Assembly: GCF_006345805.1 (NCBI RefSeq)
Contig: NC_043013.1
Location: forward strand, 44,206,001 to 44,270,000
Direction: 5' to 3'
Source of the DNA: Octopus sinensis
Lineage: Eukaryota
Length of the DNA stretch: 64,000 bases
The notes under the pieces were generated by a model, which worked only from the letters and a program-made list of their open reading frames with translations, had not been told where the DNA came from and did not search any database. Position numbers and translations under genes: made by a program. Positions 24,119 to 36,000 of the stretch are shown here, one piece after another. Within the stretch, counting starts at the first letter, position 1. Each line of letters begins with the position of its first letter.

Positions 24119-24270
24119 CGGGCTTCTTTCAGTTTCCATCTACCAAATCTACTCACAAGGCTTTGGTGGACCTGAGGCTACAGTAGAAGACACTTGCCCA
24201 AAGTGTGATTGAAATGTGGAACCATGTGGTTGGTAAGCAAGCCACTTACCACACAGCCACTCCTGTGCCT
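23837..24270 (-). mobile_element. SINE-A full copy
   Basis: Complete tail-to-head match with an internal (CA)/(TA) tract. Confidence 0.92.
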
Positions 24271-24799
24271 ATATATAGTATATAAGCTCATGTAAAAACA
24301 ATATATGTTCACAAGCATACACACACACACACACACCAGCACAGAGTTTGCTTTGACTTCTTAAGCAGAGCTTGTCTGCCTGACCAGAGGTGGCTGAAAT
24401 GAGGAACAGATAGGCTGTCCCACCACAGTAGTTCAGATCTATCAGACAAGAATGATAGTAGCTTCATCTAATGGCTGTGATGCTTCTGTACAATCTGTCA
24501 TTTGTGATTGATGACCTCCAGTGGTGGTGGTGGGGGGAGGTGAATGAGAGTGAAAGGGAGAGAGGAACTCAGAAGTAGAGAAAAGGGTCTGTGGAGTCAG
24601 CCTGGGGGAGGGTTTGCATCACACCACTACCACATATCCCACCACATTGTCTACATTTGTAGTTGTTGTTTAGCCCCAGGTAAGGGTCTGATTAAGCAGA
24701 CCTATGATCAAAGTCATTCCATTGATGGTCATCTCATTTTTCAAATATTGTGTATATAAGAACTATATTAATTAGTGAATATGCACTTCCTCTTTTTTT

Positions 24800-25207
24800 C
24801 ACTCTTTCAGTCATTTGACTGTTTCAGTCATTTGACTGTGGCCATGCTGGAGTACTGCCTTTAGTCAAGCAAATCGACCTCAGGACTTATTCTTTGTAAG
24901 CCTAGTAGTTATTCTATCGGTCTCTTTTACCGAACAGCTAGGTTACAGGGGCATAAACACACCAGCATCGGTTGTCAAGCGATGTTGAGGGGTGGGACAA
25001 ACACAGACACACATATACACACACATATATATTTACATATATACGATGGGCTTTTTTCAGTTTCTGTCTACCAAATCCACTCACAAGGCTTTGGTCGGCC
25101 CAAGGCTATAGTAGAAGACACTTGCCCAAGGTGCCATGCAGTGGGACTGAACCTGGAACCATGTGGTTGGTAAGCAAGCTACCTACCACACAGCTACTCC
25201 TACGCCT
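24800..25207 (-). mobile_element. SINE-A full copy
   Basis: Complete match, with a duplicated tail motif ttcagtcatttgactg. Confidence 0.92.
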
Positions 25208-25354
25208 ATTTTTTTTTTTTAGATGGTATAATATAATATGAGGGAGATTTGGCTGCTTATTTCTCCAGGTTGAGCAACCGTATAGAGGAGTCTTCTTTGT
25301 TGACCATTGTGGAAAAAGTGGCCAATGTAAATGGAGCTGACTATTTTCTGGCCC

Positions 25355-25696
25355 TTTTCTTTATTACCCACAAGGGGCTAAACATAGGGGGGACAAACAA
25401 GGACAGAATGCAAAAACAGACAAAATACCGCTAAGCATTTCACTCGGCATGCTAATGTTTCTTATTTTTTTATTACCCACAAGGGGCTAAACATAGAGGG
25501 GACAAACAAGGACAGATAAAGGGATTAAGTCAATTACATCGACTCCAGTGCGTAACTGGAACTTATTTAATCAACCCCGAAGAGATGAAAGGCAAAGTTG
25601 ACCTCGGCGGAATTTGAACTCAGAACGTAATAGCAGACAAAATACCACTAAGCATTTCGCCCAGTGTGCTAACATTTCTGCCAACTCGCCACCTTC
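25355..25696 (-). mobile_element. SINE-B pair (internally deleted copy next to a full copy)
   Basis: Two ttattacccacaaggggctaaacatag starts; the first jumps directly to the head. Confidence 0.88.
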
Positions 25697-25875
25697 AAAC
25701 TTAGTTATCATTAAGCTTGTGTTAGGAACGTAAATTGTGATTAAAGTTTGGTGGATGATTTTAATTCAAAACTTATGAAAACAAGATATTTGCACTACAG
25801 AGCCAGAGGCGGTTCCAGCCGGGTTGGTATCGAAAGGGTTTAACAGTGATGGTCATGATGTTTATGTCCCATGCA

Positions 25876-26112
25876 TACTCTTTTACTTGTTTAAGTCAAT
25901 TGACTGTGGCCATGCTGGAGTACCGCCTTTAGTCGAGCAAATCGACCCTAGGACTTATTCTTTGTAAGCCTAGTACTTATTCTGTCGGTCTCTTTTGCCG
26001 AACCGCTATGTAATGGGGACATAAACACACCAGCATCGGTTGTCAAGCGATGTTGGGGGGACAAACCAAACACAGACACACACACATATATACATATATA
26101 TATATACACATA

Positions 26113-26194
<82 letters not shown>

Positions 26195-26274
26195 CGACAG
26201 GCTGCATTCAGTTTCCATGTACCATATCCACCCACAAGGCTTTGGTTGGCCCGGGGCCATAGAAGACACTTGCA
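25876..26274 (-). mobile_element. SINE-A, 5'-truncated
   Basis: Tail and body are present; the copy ends at agaagacacttgc. Confidence 0.9.
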
Positions 26275-26479
26275 TCTGAGTGATATTTTACAATTCATAA
26301 AGCTTCCACAGTTATTTTCATTTTTCGTGGAATTCTATGCAGGATTTTATTACTGTTATAATTTTTACTTTATATTTTGTCTTACAATGTGTTACGATGG
26401 TCCCTTGTTGTAAAAAGCACGGTAAAGTACAGAAGGAGTCCTTATGTGGTTGCTTAATGACTACATCACATCCTAACAT

Positions 26480-26670
26480 TTAAAAAAAAAATAAGGACAC
26501 ATTGGACCATGTAATCCTAGATAGAATGTGTCTGTCTGTCTGAAAAAAGCAAAATAGGAAGAAAAAGGGAAAGAGAAGAGAGAGAGAGAGTGAGAGAGAG
26601 AAAGAGAGTTGTGGATGGAATGCCTTTGATCATGGGTCTGCTCCATCAAGGTACACCTGAAACTAAACAG
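26480..26670 (+). mobile_element. Old ~200-bp dispersed repeat (family F), one of more than 10 degenerate copies in the window
   Basis: aaggacacattggaccatgtaatcctagata...ggaatgcctttgatcatgggtctgctc...cctgaaactaaac. Similar sequence at 30480-30665, 38790-39015, 41230-41400, 42950-43090, 45925-46100 and 63925-63970. Confidence 0.65.
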
Positions 26671-26680
26671 TAACACAATG

Positions 26681-26733
<53 letters not shown>

Positions 26734-28176
26734 ATATACACACACATACATGCATGCACTAGTCAATTTATTACAATTTACTGTGTATGTGCGAATGAGC
26801 GTTTGTCTGTAAATTTGGTGGGGTAGGGGTGGGGTGGGTCTGTGCATGCACCCTTATGTGAATGTGAATTTTTGTGCCTGTGTGAATTCGTGGTGTCTAT
26901 GTGCGTGTGTATATGTGCGTGTGTATGTGTGCGTGTGTGTGTGTGTGAGCACAGGCATGTTTTCGTGTGTATGTACTACACATCACTTTTGTGACATTGT
27001 GAAGTTCCGATGACACCTGGGTACAAGGAAGAGAATTTGAGGAATTAGAGGTGAGAGGAGAGAATGTGGTGAGGATGGCGAGGGTGGGGAGGGGTGGGGG
27101 TTGGAGGTGCGGTGTGGTGTGGTGGGAGGCGCATTTCTTTGGAAGGCCATATACATGTTTTTTTCTTCTTTTTCCCATGCAGCAAGGAGAGGGGTGGGGA
27201 GTGGGAGGGAGTTAGCCACAGCTTTCACCCCCTCCCCTACACCACTGACCTTACACATCCATTCTCCACCACTGAAGGCTTATTATATCTGTGTCCTCCA
27301 CCTTAATCTCCCATTCTCCAACCCCACCCCGACCATCTGGCTTCAACTTCACCCCTCCCCTACACTTTTAACACTGCCCCACCCTAGCAGCCTTATTGTG
27401 TTTTCAAAAGGTAAGCTGAGCTGCTGCAAATGGTGTTTATTTAGCATTCACATCACCTGGGTCACACTGTAGCAATGCTGGTTTTGTTATTGTTGTAATT
27501 GTTGCTGTTGTTACTGTAATTGTTGTTGTTGCTTTGGTGGTGGTGGCAGGTATTATGGTTGTTGTGTTTTTTATAGTCATATTAGTGGTGGCGGTGGTGG
27601 TAGTAGTGTTGTATTGGTGTTTATTTTCCTGTTGTTGTTGTTGGTGGTGGTGGTCTGTTGGTATTTGTTGTTGTTAATGACATTGTTGTTAAATGTCACC
27701 TTTTGGTGTGGATGGAGGCTATTTTGTTACGGGTCATTGAGTTTAGTGTCTCATATTGGTTTGTGGAGACTTAAAAGAAGGAAAATACAACCCAAATAAA
27801 ATGCTACTGCTAATGGTGGGGTAGCAGTGTTTATATTAACAGAGGCACAGAGAGCAGTAATGATTAAAATAAGGCTATCTTCTCTATCTTTTACCTTACC
27901 TTTTTTTTTTTTTTTTGTATCACTGGGCTCTGCTTATGGTGGAGTACCACCTCCAAACAAATCAACCCCTGAACATATTTTTAATTCTGGTACTTATTCT
28001 ATTTGTTGCTAGGTCACAAGGTTTGCTTCCCAACCACATGGTTCTGGGTTCAGTCTCACCGAATGGCATCATGGGCAACTGTATTTTTTCTATAGACTTG
28101 GGCTGACCAAAGCTTTTTGAGTGGATTTGGTAGACAGAATGTATACACACACACACACATACACATATATATATAT

Positions 28177-28530
28177 CGAGCGTGATCGTTACCAGCGTCA
28201 CCTTCCTGGCACTTGTGCCGGTGGCCCGTGAAAAAAACATTCGAGCGAGGTCATTACCAGTGCTGCTGGACTGGCTCCTGTGCAGGTGGCACATAAAAAA
28301 TACCATTTGAATGTGGCTATTGCCAGTACCACCTGACTGGCCCTCGTGCTGGTGGAACATAAAAGCACCCACTACACTCTCCGAGTGGCTGGCGTTAGGA
28401 AGGGTACCCAGCTGTAGAAACTGGTAGATCAGATTGGAGCCTGGTGCAGCCATCTGGTTTGCCAGTCCTCAGTCAAATCGTCTAACCCATGCTAGCATGG
28501 AAAGCGGACGTTAAATGATGATGATGATGA

Positions 28531-28531
<1 letters not shown>
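28177..28531 (+). mobile_element. Family D RTE-type 3' end with (GAT)n tail
   Basis: aaaagcacccactacactctccgagtggctggcgttaggaagggtacccagctgtagaaa...aaagcggacgttaaatgatgatgat. Confidence 0.85.
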
Positions 28532-28569
<38 letters not shown>

Positions 28570-29199
28570 GTATAGTAGAACCTCAGTTTTCAAATAACTC
28601 TGATCCCCAATAAGCGGTACTTTATCTCCTGTCTTTCTCATATTCATTTAATACAATAGTACCTCGGTTTACAAACGCTGTGTGTTTACATCCCTGTAAT
28701 TTAGCAGTTCAGCAAAAGAGACTGATAGAATAAAGTACCAAACTTAAAAGAAAATAATTTTAGTAAGCAGAAACTGAAACAAACCTTGAATATATACATG
28801 TGTGTATGTTACTGTTATGGAAATGAATCATTTGTTTCTAATCTTCCTTTCTTCCTCAAGGTATTGGTCAAGTTTTAAAAAATCTGATGATGGCCATTTG
28901 TATGTCCATTTTCCATACTTCACTCCCACCCATGAGAAACACTAGATACAGTTTGATAGGTATGCTGTTATGAGTAAGAGGATAATTTATAAAGAAAAGT
29001 CCCACTGCATGGCACCTTCAGCTAGTGTGTTCATAAATAGACCCAGGATTACCAATACCTTGAGAGTGAATCTGGAGGACGGAACTATGTGGAAGCCCAT
29101 AATGTGCATATGTGCAGGTGTGTGTATGTACATATATATATTTATGTACACACACACACACACACATACACGCATATACACAAACACATGTAAAAGGGT

Positions 29200-29530
29200 A
29201 AAGACCCCCTTCAGTCATGAATGACCATGGGATTGCACTTAGAAAGTTCTGCTCTGAGGCTCAAGTCTGGGCAAGGCTGTTTATGGAAGACCAGCAGTCG
29301 CCCATGCATACCGGCCTCCCCTCTCCATGCCACTTCCTTGTTGTCCAAGGGAAAAGCAAAGACTGATAGAGCTTGGAACCAGTGATGTCACAACTCATTT
29401 CTGCAGCTGAGTGAACTGGAGCAACGTGAAATAAAGTGTCTTGCTCAAGAACACAACACACTGTCCAGTCCAGGAATTGAACTCACTACTTCATGGCTGT
29501 GAGCCCGATACTTTAACCACTGAGCTAAAT
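29200..29530 (-). mobile_element. SINE-C full copy
   Basis: Minus strand cagtggttaaagtatcgggctcacagcc...gagttcaattcc (B box), same body and tail as 17615-17870. Confidence 0.88.
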
Positions 29531-29671
29531 GCATGTATACATGTATATACACTCACACATATACATAGATAGATGGATACCTATTAAAGAGAACCAATTA
29601 AGATTGGAGCATATCAAAGTGAAGTACACCACATTAATCGCTATACAGTAAAACACAAATCAACAGGTCAT

Positions 29672-30040
29672 AGGCACAGGTGTGGCTGTGTGGTAAGTAG
29701 CTTGCTTACCAGCCACATGGTTCCAGGTTCAGTCCCACTGCGTGGCACCTTGGGCAAATGTCTTCTACTATAGCCTCGGGCTGACCAAAGCCTTGTGAGT
29801 GGATTTGGTAGACGGAAACTGAAAGAAGCCTGTCGTATATATGTATATGTATGTGTGTGTGTGTGTGTGTGTGTGTATTCCTCAACATCACTTGACAACC
29901 AATGCTGGTGTGTTTGTGTCCCTGTAACATAGCGGTTTGGCAAAAGAGACCGATAGAATAAGTACTAGGCTTACAAAGAATAAGTCCTGGGGCCTATTTG
30001 CTTGACTAAAGGCAAATGACTGAAACAAGTAAAAGAGTAA
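29672..30040 (+). mobile_element. SINE-A full copy
   Basis: aggcacaggtgtggctgtgtggtaagtagc ... aaacaagtaaaagagtaaaa. Confidence 0.92.
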
Positions 30041-30877
30041 AATAGGTAAAGAATCAAAGAATCCACTGCTGTTTTATAATCTGCAACTCCAACAGTGTCT
30101 GAAATTGAAGAGAACTTCACTGTCTCTGTGAGCATGAGATTTACCTCCATGCTCTCATTACTGATGTTGATTTATTGACAATGAGACCAGTGAAATAAGT
30201 ACCACTCTTCGAAAGCAAGTACTAGGGTTGATTTGTTCAACTAAAGTTTTTCAAGGCAGTGCCCCAGAACACCTGCAGTCCAATGACTGAAAAAAGTTAA
30301 AGAAGAGACAAAATAAATTTTTCCATCCTTTTTAATGAGAAAAATCTGGTTTTTAATTTTTGTTATTTTCCTTGTCTCAGTTCAAAGAGGAAATACTAAG
30401 AGTGGATCAGATGATAATAAACATTATTTTCTTTCATAATCCTGTACTGCTTTAAGTATAACTGTGGAAGATATATATATATATATATATTGCTGGATTC
30501 CACTGTTTACATCCACTGCTTACCTCAATCACCACCTTCTTAAGAAAGAAAGGGTACATTGAACGACATAATCCTAAATCTACGAAAAGATGCAAATGCC
30601 ATGGCAGGAATGCCTTTGATAATAGGTTTGTTCAATCAAAGCTGACCTGGGGCTAAACAATAGCAAACACATCATTGCTACTATGATCATCACCATGCTA
30701 TCACCCTACCACTATGGCTAACACTGTTGTCTACCATTTTCTACTTCTCTTGCCATGCCCAAAATTACCACCACCATATCCACCACCACCAGCACAACAA
30801 CAACAATATACTGGTATTATTGCAGTTTATATTACCATTACACTGCCACTACGCCACTACTACCAGGACCATCACTA

Positions 30878-31069
30878 ATCATTCATTTGTTTCAGACATC
30901 AGACTGCAGCCATACTGGGGCACCGTCTTGGAGATGTTTTTAGTCAAATGAATTGAAACTAGTACTTATTCTATTGGTTTCTTTTGCTGAATAGCTAAGT
31001 TAGGGGTACGTAAACACACTGGTACCAATTGTCAAGCGGTGGTGGGGAGGGACAAACACAGACACAATG

Positions 31070-31100
<31 letters not shown>

Positions 31101-31212
31101 TGCACCTGAGGCTATGGTAGAAAACACTTGCCCAAGGTGCCACACAGTGGGACTGAACCTGGAACCATGTGATTGGAAATCAAGCTTCTTTTACCACACA
31201 GCCATGCCTGTG
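30878..31212 (-). mobile_element. SINE-A, older copy
   Basis: Degenerate match with an internal deletion. Confidence 0.8.
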
Positions 31213-31925
31213 CTTAATATCTATACCACCATCATCATCATCAACACCAACAACACAATCTTTATTGTTGTCTATAGCAATATCATTACCAACACATTGC
31301 TCTTATAATACTAGAGAAAAAAATGTGACAAAAAAAAAAAAAAAGGGACAAGCAACTCTGGGTAGATTAACAATTTAGTCATACAATAGAAGTACATTTC
31401 CATCTGATCCCCTTGAAGAAAAATGCTAAGCCAAGCCCTAAAAAAAAACATAATCTTAGAGGAAACTCATTAGAAATTCATGATCTGGATTGTTTGTTTC
31501 AAACAGGTGGATTTGGGGTGGTGAGACTTAAAACCTGTTGATATAGAATATGAAGGAAAAAACTGAGCTCTGAATGTACTCAATATACCCACCCAGAAGA
31601 AAACTGATTTTTAAAGCAAGGAGGGAATTCATAAATGATTCATGAATGTCTGACTGACAAAGTGGCTGGGTGAGTGGGGGTAAGGGGGGTAAGGTGAAGG
31701 TTACATACAGAAGTTGCAATACAGTGTTATTGGATATTTTTCAGATTATTTATAAATATACATAAAATTTAAAATTTAAATTACAATTGTGTATTTGTTT
31801 CACAAAATTCCTCATGTGGAATTGTGTTGAAACAGATATTGTTGTATTTGGGTATGGCCGTTTTTATTTTCTTTTTTGCCAACTAACCACATGCACTATA
31901 TATTTGGTTTTCACTCCAGCTTTAT

Positions 31926-32705
31926 TATTACCTTTGCCTTAATGAAGGCAGAGGTATTGTTTTCAGTCGTGTTTGTTTGTTTGTTTGTCTGTCCATGGAC
32001 AAGATAGCTCAAGAACCGCTGGATGGATTCAGATGAAACTTTGGATCTTTTCGGTTTGAACGGCAGTTTTTAACATAATTTCTAGGTAACTAAAAAATTT
32101 TAAACTTCGTATACTGGTAGAATGTGTTTATAAAACATCTTTTTCTCTTGGCTTTATTGAGAAAATTCTATAGTTTGTAAGATATTTCTTGTTTTTTTTC
32201 TTCAATTTCTGCAATTTCAACCAATCACTGACGTCCATTGAGGTAAAAAAACATTCTGTGCCGTATGAATATGTCCCTCGTTTAAGAAATAGATTAGGTT
32301 TATTTACATTTATGAAGAAAAAAAAGATACCCTTCCCCCCACCCCTAACCCCTAACCCTAAAACAGGGTCATAATTATGGGTGACAATTTCATATGACAC
32401 CGCTAGAAAAAACTGCCGTTCAAACCGAAAAGATCCGAAACTTTCAGTGATATATGGCCTCATGACTGCCACAAACTGATTAGATTTTGGGATCGATCCG
32501 GTACCAGACAAGGATTCTGGATTATTTTTCCATTTTTGTTTTACTTAACTTTTAAGAGTGGCTGAGTTCATTCTTAGTATTCTCGTCTGTGAGAGCAGTC
32601 GAGTTTATTTCAGATATTCTCATTTTAAAAATCATCTCTGGCTAATCATTGAGAGGATGTTGGTATTGCCTTGGTGGAGGTTTGCATGCTCTGAGTGCTC
32701 TTATT
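31926..32705 (+). mobile_element. Helentron/DINE-like non-autonomous element (HINE-type)
   Basis: 5' hairpin acctttgccttaatgaaggcagaggt, (gttt)n microsatellite, 3' ggtggaggtttgcatgctctgagtgctc, inserted in a T-rich site with no TSD. Confidence 0.7.
32043..32436. mobile_element. Non-autonomous DNA transposon with 29-bp TIRs and 8-bp TSD (Merlin-like)
   Basis: TIR ggatcttttcggtttgaacggcagttttt. GAAACTTT is duplicated at 32035-32042 and 32437-32444 but single in the related element at 60824-60831. Confidence 0.9.
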
Positions 32706-32751
32706 ATTTTTATTTTAATGCCCTTTGTCTGAAATTTTTCGTAACACATCA

Positions 32752-32790
32752 CTGAAGAGGTCACAGGATGTGTGATGAAAAATTTCAGAC
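32752..32790 (+). ncRNA. Hammerhead core with stem I lost, at the centre of the fold-back
   Basis: CTGAAGA-G-GTCAC-AGGATGT-GTGAT-GAAA-AATT-TC-AGAC. Palindromic stem III AAATTT, triplet UUC. Confidence 0.4.
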
Positions 32791-32958
32791 AAAGGAAACT
32801 AAAAATAAAATAATAATAAAGCTGAAGTGATGACCAAATATATTGTATGTGTAGTTAGTCAACAAAAGAAATATGACCGTCCCCAAATATAACAGTATTA
32901 AAATTTCAAATTACAAAGAAAATTGTTTTTGTAATATGCTGCTGAAATGCATCATTAA

Positions 32959-33176
32959 CCATTTAGCATTTTAATTGGCCCTATCTAGATTAAATATTCT
33001 ACTTGTCCTCTGTTCAAACTAACCAGATCTGGTTTATCACTCCTACCCTAAAATGTTATTCTATAAATATACAATCACATCATTGAAATCCTGAAGCTAT
33101 GAGATAAGCCATGATGATTTCAAAACTGTGAATAAATAAGCATTAAATTTGACTAAGTAATCTGATTGCTAAAGGG
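32959..33176 (-). mobile_element. piggyBac-type MITE family P2
   Basis: TTAA-ccatttagcatt...ttgctaaaggg-TTAA. Confidence 0.85.
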
Positions 33177-34674
33177 TTAATATATCACTCATCATCACCC
33201 TCGTTGTTTAATGTCCACTTTCCATGTTGACATGGGTAATGAACTGAATTAAAACCTACCACTGAAATTTCATGTTAATTTATATTCCAATACAGCTTGT
33301 TTATGACAAAGTTATTTTCCTAAATTTTTCGTTATTTTAAAAATTAATTTAAACAAAATTATTGTATTTTGACAGAAATATTCTAATAAAAAGGTTAAGG
33401 GCTTCCAAGGTAAAGAACAGCGAAGGTATTCTCAAACAGCACACCTGGTCTAAATACTAACAACAAACTTGACCCCACAAAAGGCACTGAAGAACATGGT
33501 ATTGGAGGTTAAACCTGGTTAAATTAAGTTGACCATCTAAGTAAGCCATAGCGGGATTTGGACTCAGAACCCAAAGAACTGGAATAAATACCACAAGGTA
33601 TCCTGTGTGACACTCTAATGATTTTGCCACCGATACTTTATTGATCCTACAAGGATGAAAGACAAAGTTGACTTTAACTGGATTTGAACTCAGAATGCAA
33701 GAAACTGCAATAATACCACAAGACATTTTATCTGATGCTCTTATGATAATGCCTTCTATTTTGGTACATACAAATGATGTTTAAGTACACCACTGATATA
33801 TACCTCCTCATCATGGAAACAAATGCATTCTTAAGTACATACAAATGAGGTACAACATGGTTTTTATTTATTGATTTTTTTTGGCTCTTCTTTTTTATTT
33901 TGTAAGAATTTAGCATCTGGCATTTACTTTATCTCTTTTAATCCAGATGCTAATGAAATTATTGTAGGAAACTTGAAATCTTCTTTGCTACCAGATTAAT
34001 TTACTGGGTAGCCATGCAAACCAGTAAGGAATTTTTAATGTATTTCCTCAACTTTCTAGAAATAGTAGCTTAATTTCCTTCAAAGTTATGCCCCGCCATC
34101 TTAAAAAATAAAAAAATAGTAGATGTTGATTTATGTTTGTTCACATACAATAGCTGAAAATAAGATGGAGTAGTTATGGCTGGAAAGTCTTTCATCATAC
34201 CTGTTCAGTTAGGATGAGACATGGAACTCAACAACAACAAATGAACAGCCAAAGTCTGGATCTGTTTTATCCAATTTTTTCTTATGAATTTGTCAGAGAA
34301 GGAATAGCAACAACCATGACATGTTGCAGAGCTTCTGAGACAGGTGGGAAGGAGGGCGGGAGGGAGAGAGAGAAGAAGAAAAGAAAGAAATTATCTAAAT
34401 GCTGGAGACCCAGACTAGGTGGCAATGATTGATTAAATCTGCCAACAAAGAACATGTACAAATAGCATTATTTTCAGTCCTGGTAATAATAGACACCATT
34501 TCTCAAAAGGTAAACAGCAATTCATTCAGGGAAGACTAGATTTGAGCTTCAGAATCTCCAAACTAAGTTAATCCTGCTGATGTTAACTTTGCTCTTTTCA
34601 GCCATCTGAGGTCAATAAAATAATGTACAAGACCGTTGTACTGAAGTTGATGATATCAACTAAGTAAATGCATG

Positions 34675-34961
34675 TTCTTGTTTGTTCCTTCTCAAGCCAC
34701 ACTTGGCTCATAAGGACCGGTTTCCTTGGCGTATAGGTTCCCCACCTAGACAGGACGCCGGTCTGTCGCAGGTGAGTTGCAAGATGCAGGAGGAAAGTTG
34801 TGGTGAAAGAGTTAGCAGAAGTTCGCCATTACCTTCTACCGGAGCTGCATGGAGCTTAGGTGTTTCGCTCATAAACACACACATCGCCCAGTCTGAGATT
34901 CGAACCCGCAATCCCTCGACACCGAGTACACTGCTCTAACCACTAGGCCATGTGCCTCCAC
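34675..34961 (-). mobile_element. SINE-E2 (head shared with E1, different 3' half), 13-bp TSD
   Basis: Minus strand ggaggcacatggcctagtggttagagc...gggttcgaatctc. TSD aagtaaatgcatg at 34662-34674 and 34962-34974. Confidence 0.92.
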
Positions 34962-35787
34962 AAGTAAATGCATGAGTGAATTGGAAAATGAAACAGTGTG
35001 GAAGCCAAAATTTCAAAATAGCTGTGATGAAGCACCAGGTTTCCCAATTGCTGGCCTTGTGCCATTATTTACAGTCTGAATAGTAAACAATATTTCTCAA
35101 AAGATAGCATATCACTCAGCAAAGGTCAGGCTGCACCCTAAAATCCTCAATTACCTTCAACATGGGGCCCATACCACCAAATTCTTATCCAGCCTTATAA
35201 ATGAAACTAGATTTAATTATCTACTACCTCTCACCTTCACAGCATTTTTTAAATATTTTCCAGTTGCTAGGACTCCTCTGTCTGCCATTATATCCTGCTT
35301 CAAGTGATTGAAAAGAAATAGTTTTCTTGGCTGTAGCAAATAGGTTTCTGATTTAGCCGGAGAAGGAAGAGCAGGACTGTATTTTCTGGACCTCTGAAGC
35401 CAGTAGGAAGAAGAAAGAGGCGGGGTAGATATTCTCTGACAAGAGACCACCCCCAAATGGCTTATGTGGTGATGTTAAACCAATACTAGTTTAAGTTTAC
35501 TTGTGAAGAACAAGTACAGTCCATTTGCCAGACTTCAGTACATTTTTCCACCGCCTCAGTTTCACTTTCACAATTTCAGGTTCACAGTGGAACCAGACCC
35601 CCTAATCATGTAATTGTAAACTGAACTTCTTAACCACATGACTAAGCAATTTTTTTTATCAATTAACCAAGTAGCAAGGGCAGTGCTCATAACACTTTTC
35701 AACCCCTAAGTCTGGTGAGAGGAAGGAAGGAATTCTCAAATTGGAGACCAGGCATAAATGTATGAAACAAAGTGGATTCCTCTAAAG

Positions 35788-36000
35788 CAGTGGTTCTAAG
35801 CCATTTTTTTGCCTGTGGACCCCTTTGATTCCTGTTTTATTCTGCTGGACTCCAATAGCCATTTGAAGTTTTAAAATATCTTATATTTTCATAATTAAAT
35901 ATTATTAGGAATTGTATATAAAAATTGTTAAAATATTTTGTGTAATGCAAAAACAACCAATTTACTGCACTTGAATTATAACAGCCAAATCTTACCACTG
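35788..36000. mobile_element. hAT (Charlie/Buster-like) MITE
   Basis: Ends cagtggttct...accactg. 8-bp TSD ctctaaag at 35780-35787 and 36001-36008. Confidence 0.88.

Larger units (their letters stand above)
31836..32898. repeat. Fold-back element (arms about 140 bp, centre 32751-32766); left arm split by nested insertions
   Basis: 31836-31925 plus 32706-32750 is the reverse complement of 32767-32898. Confidence 0.8.

Noticed and set aside
29668-29943. Recurrent ORFs containing ASFSFRLPNPLTRLWSARGYSRRHLPKVPRSGTEPGTMW (also 24972, 39773, 41422, 61196)
   Set aside because: These are antisense readings of SINE-A, not a gene family.
32341-32362. Telomere-like cctaacccctaaccctaa
   Set aside because: Only 2-3 imperfect units, internal to the MITE; not an interstitial telomere array.
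34880-34961. tRNA-like sequences with A and B boxes (also heads of SINE-A, B, C and E1)
   Set aside because: They are SINE heads continuing into SINE bodies and flanked by TSDs; I could not form a complete cloverleaf.
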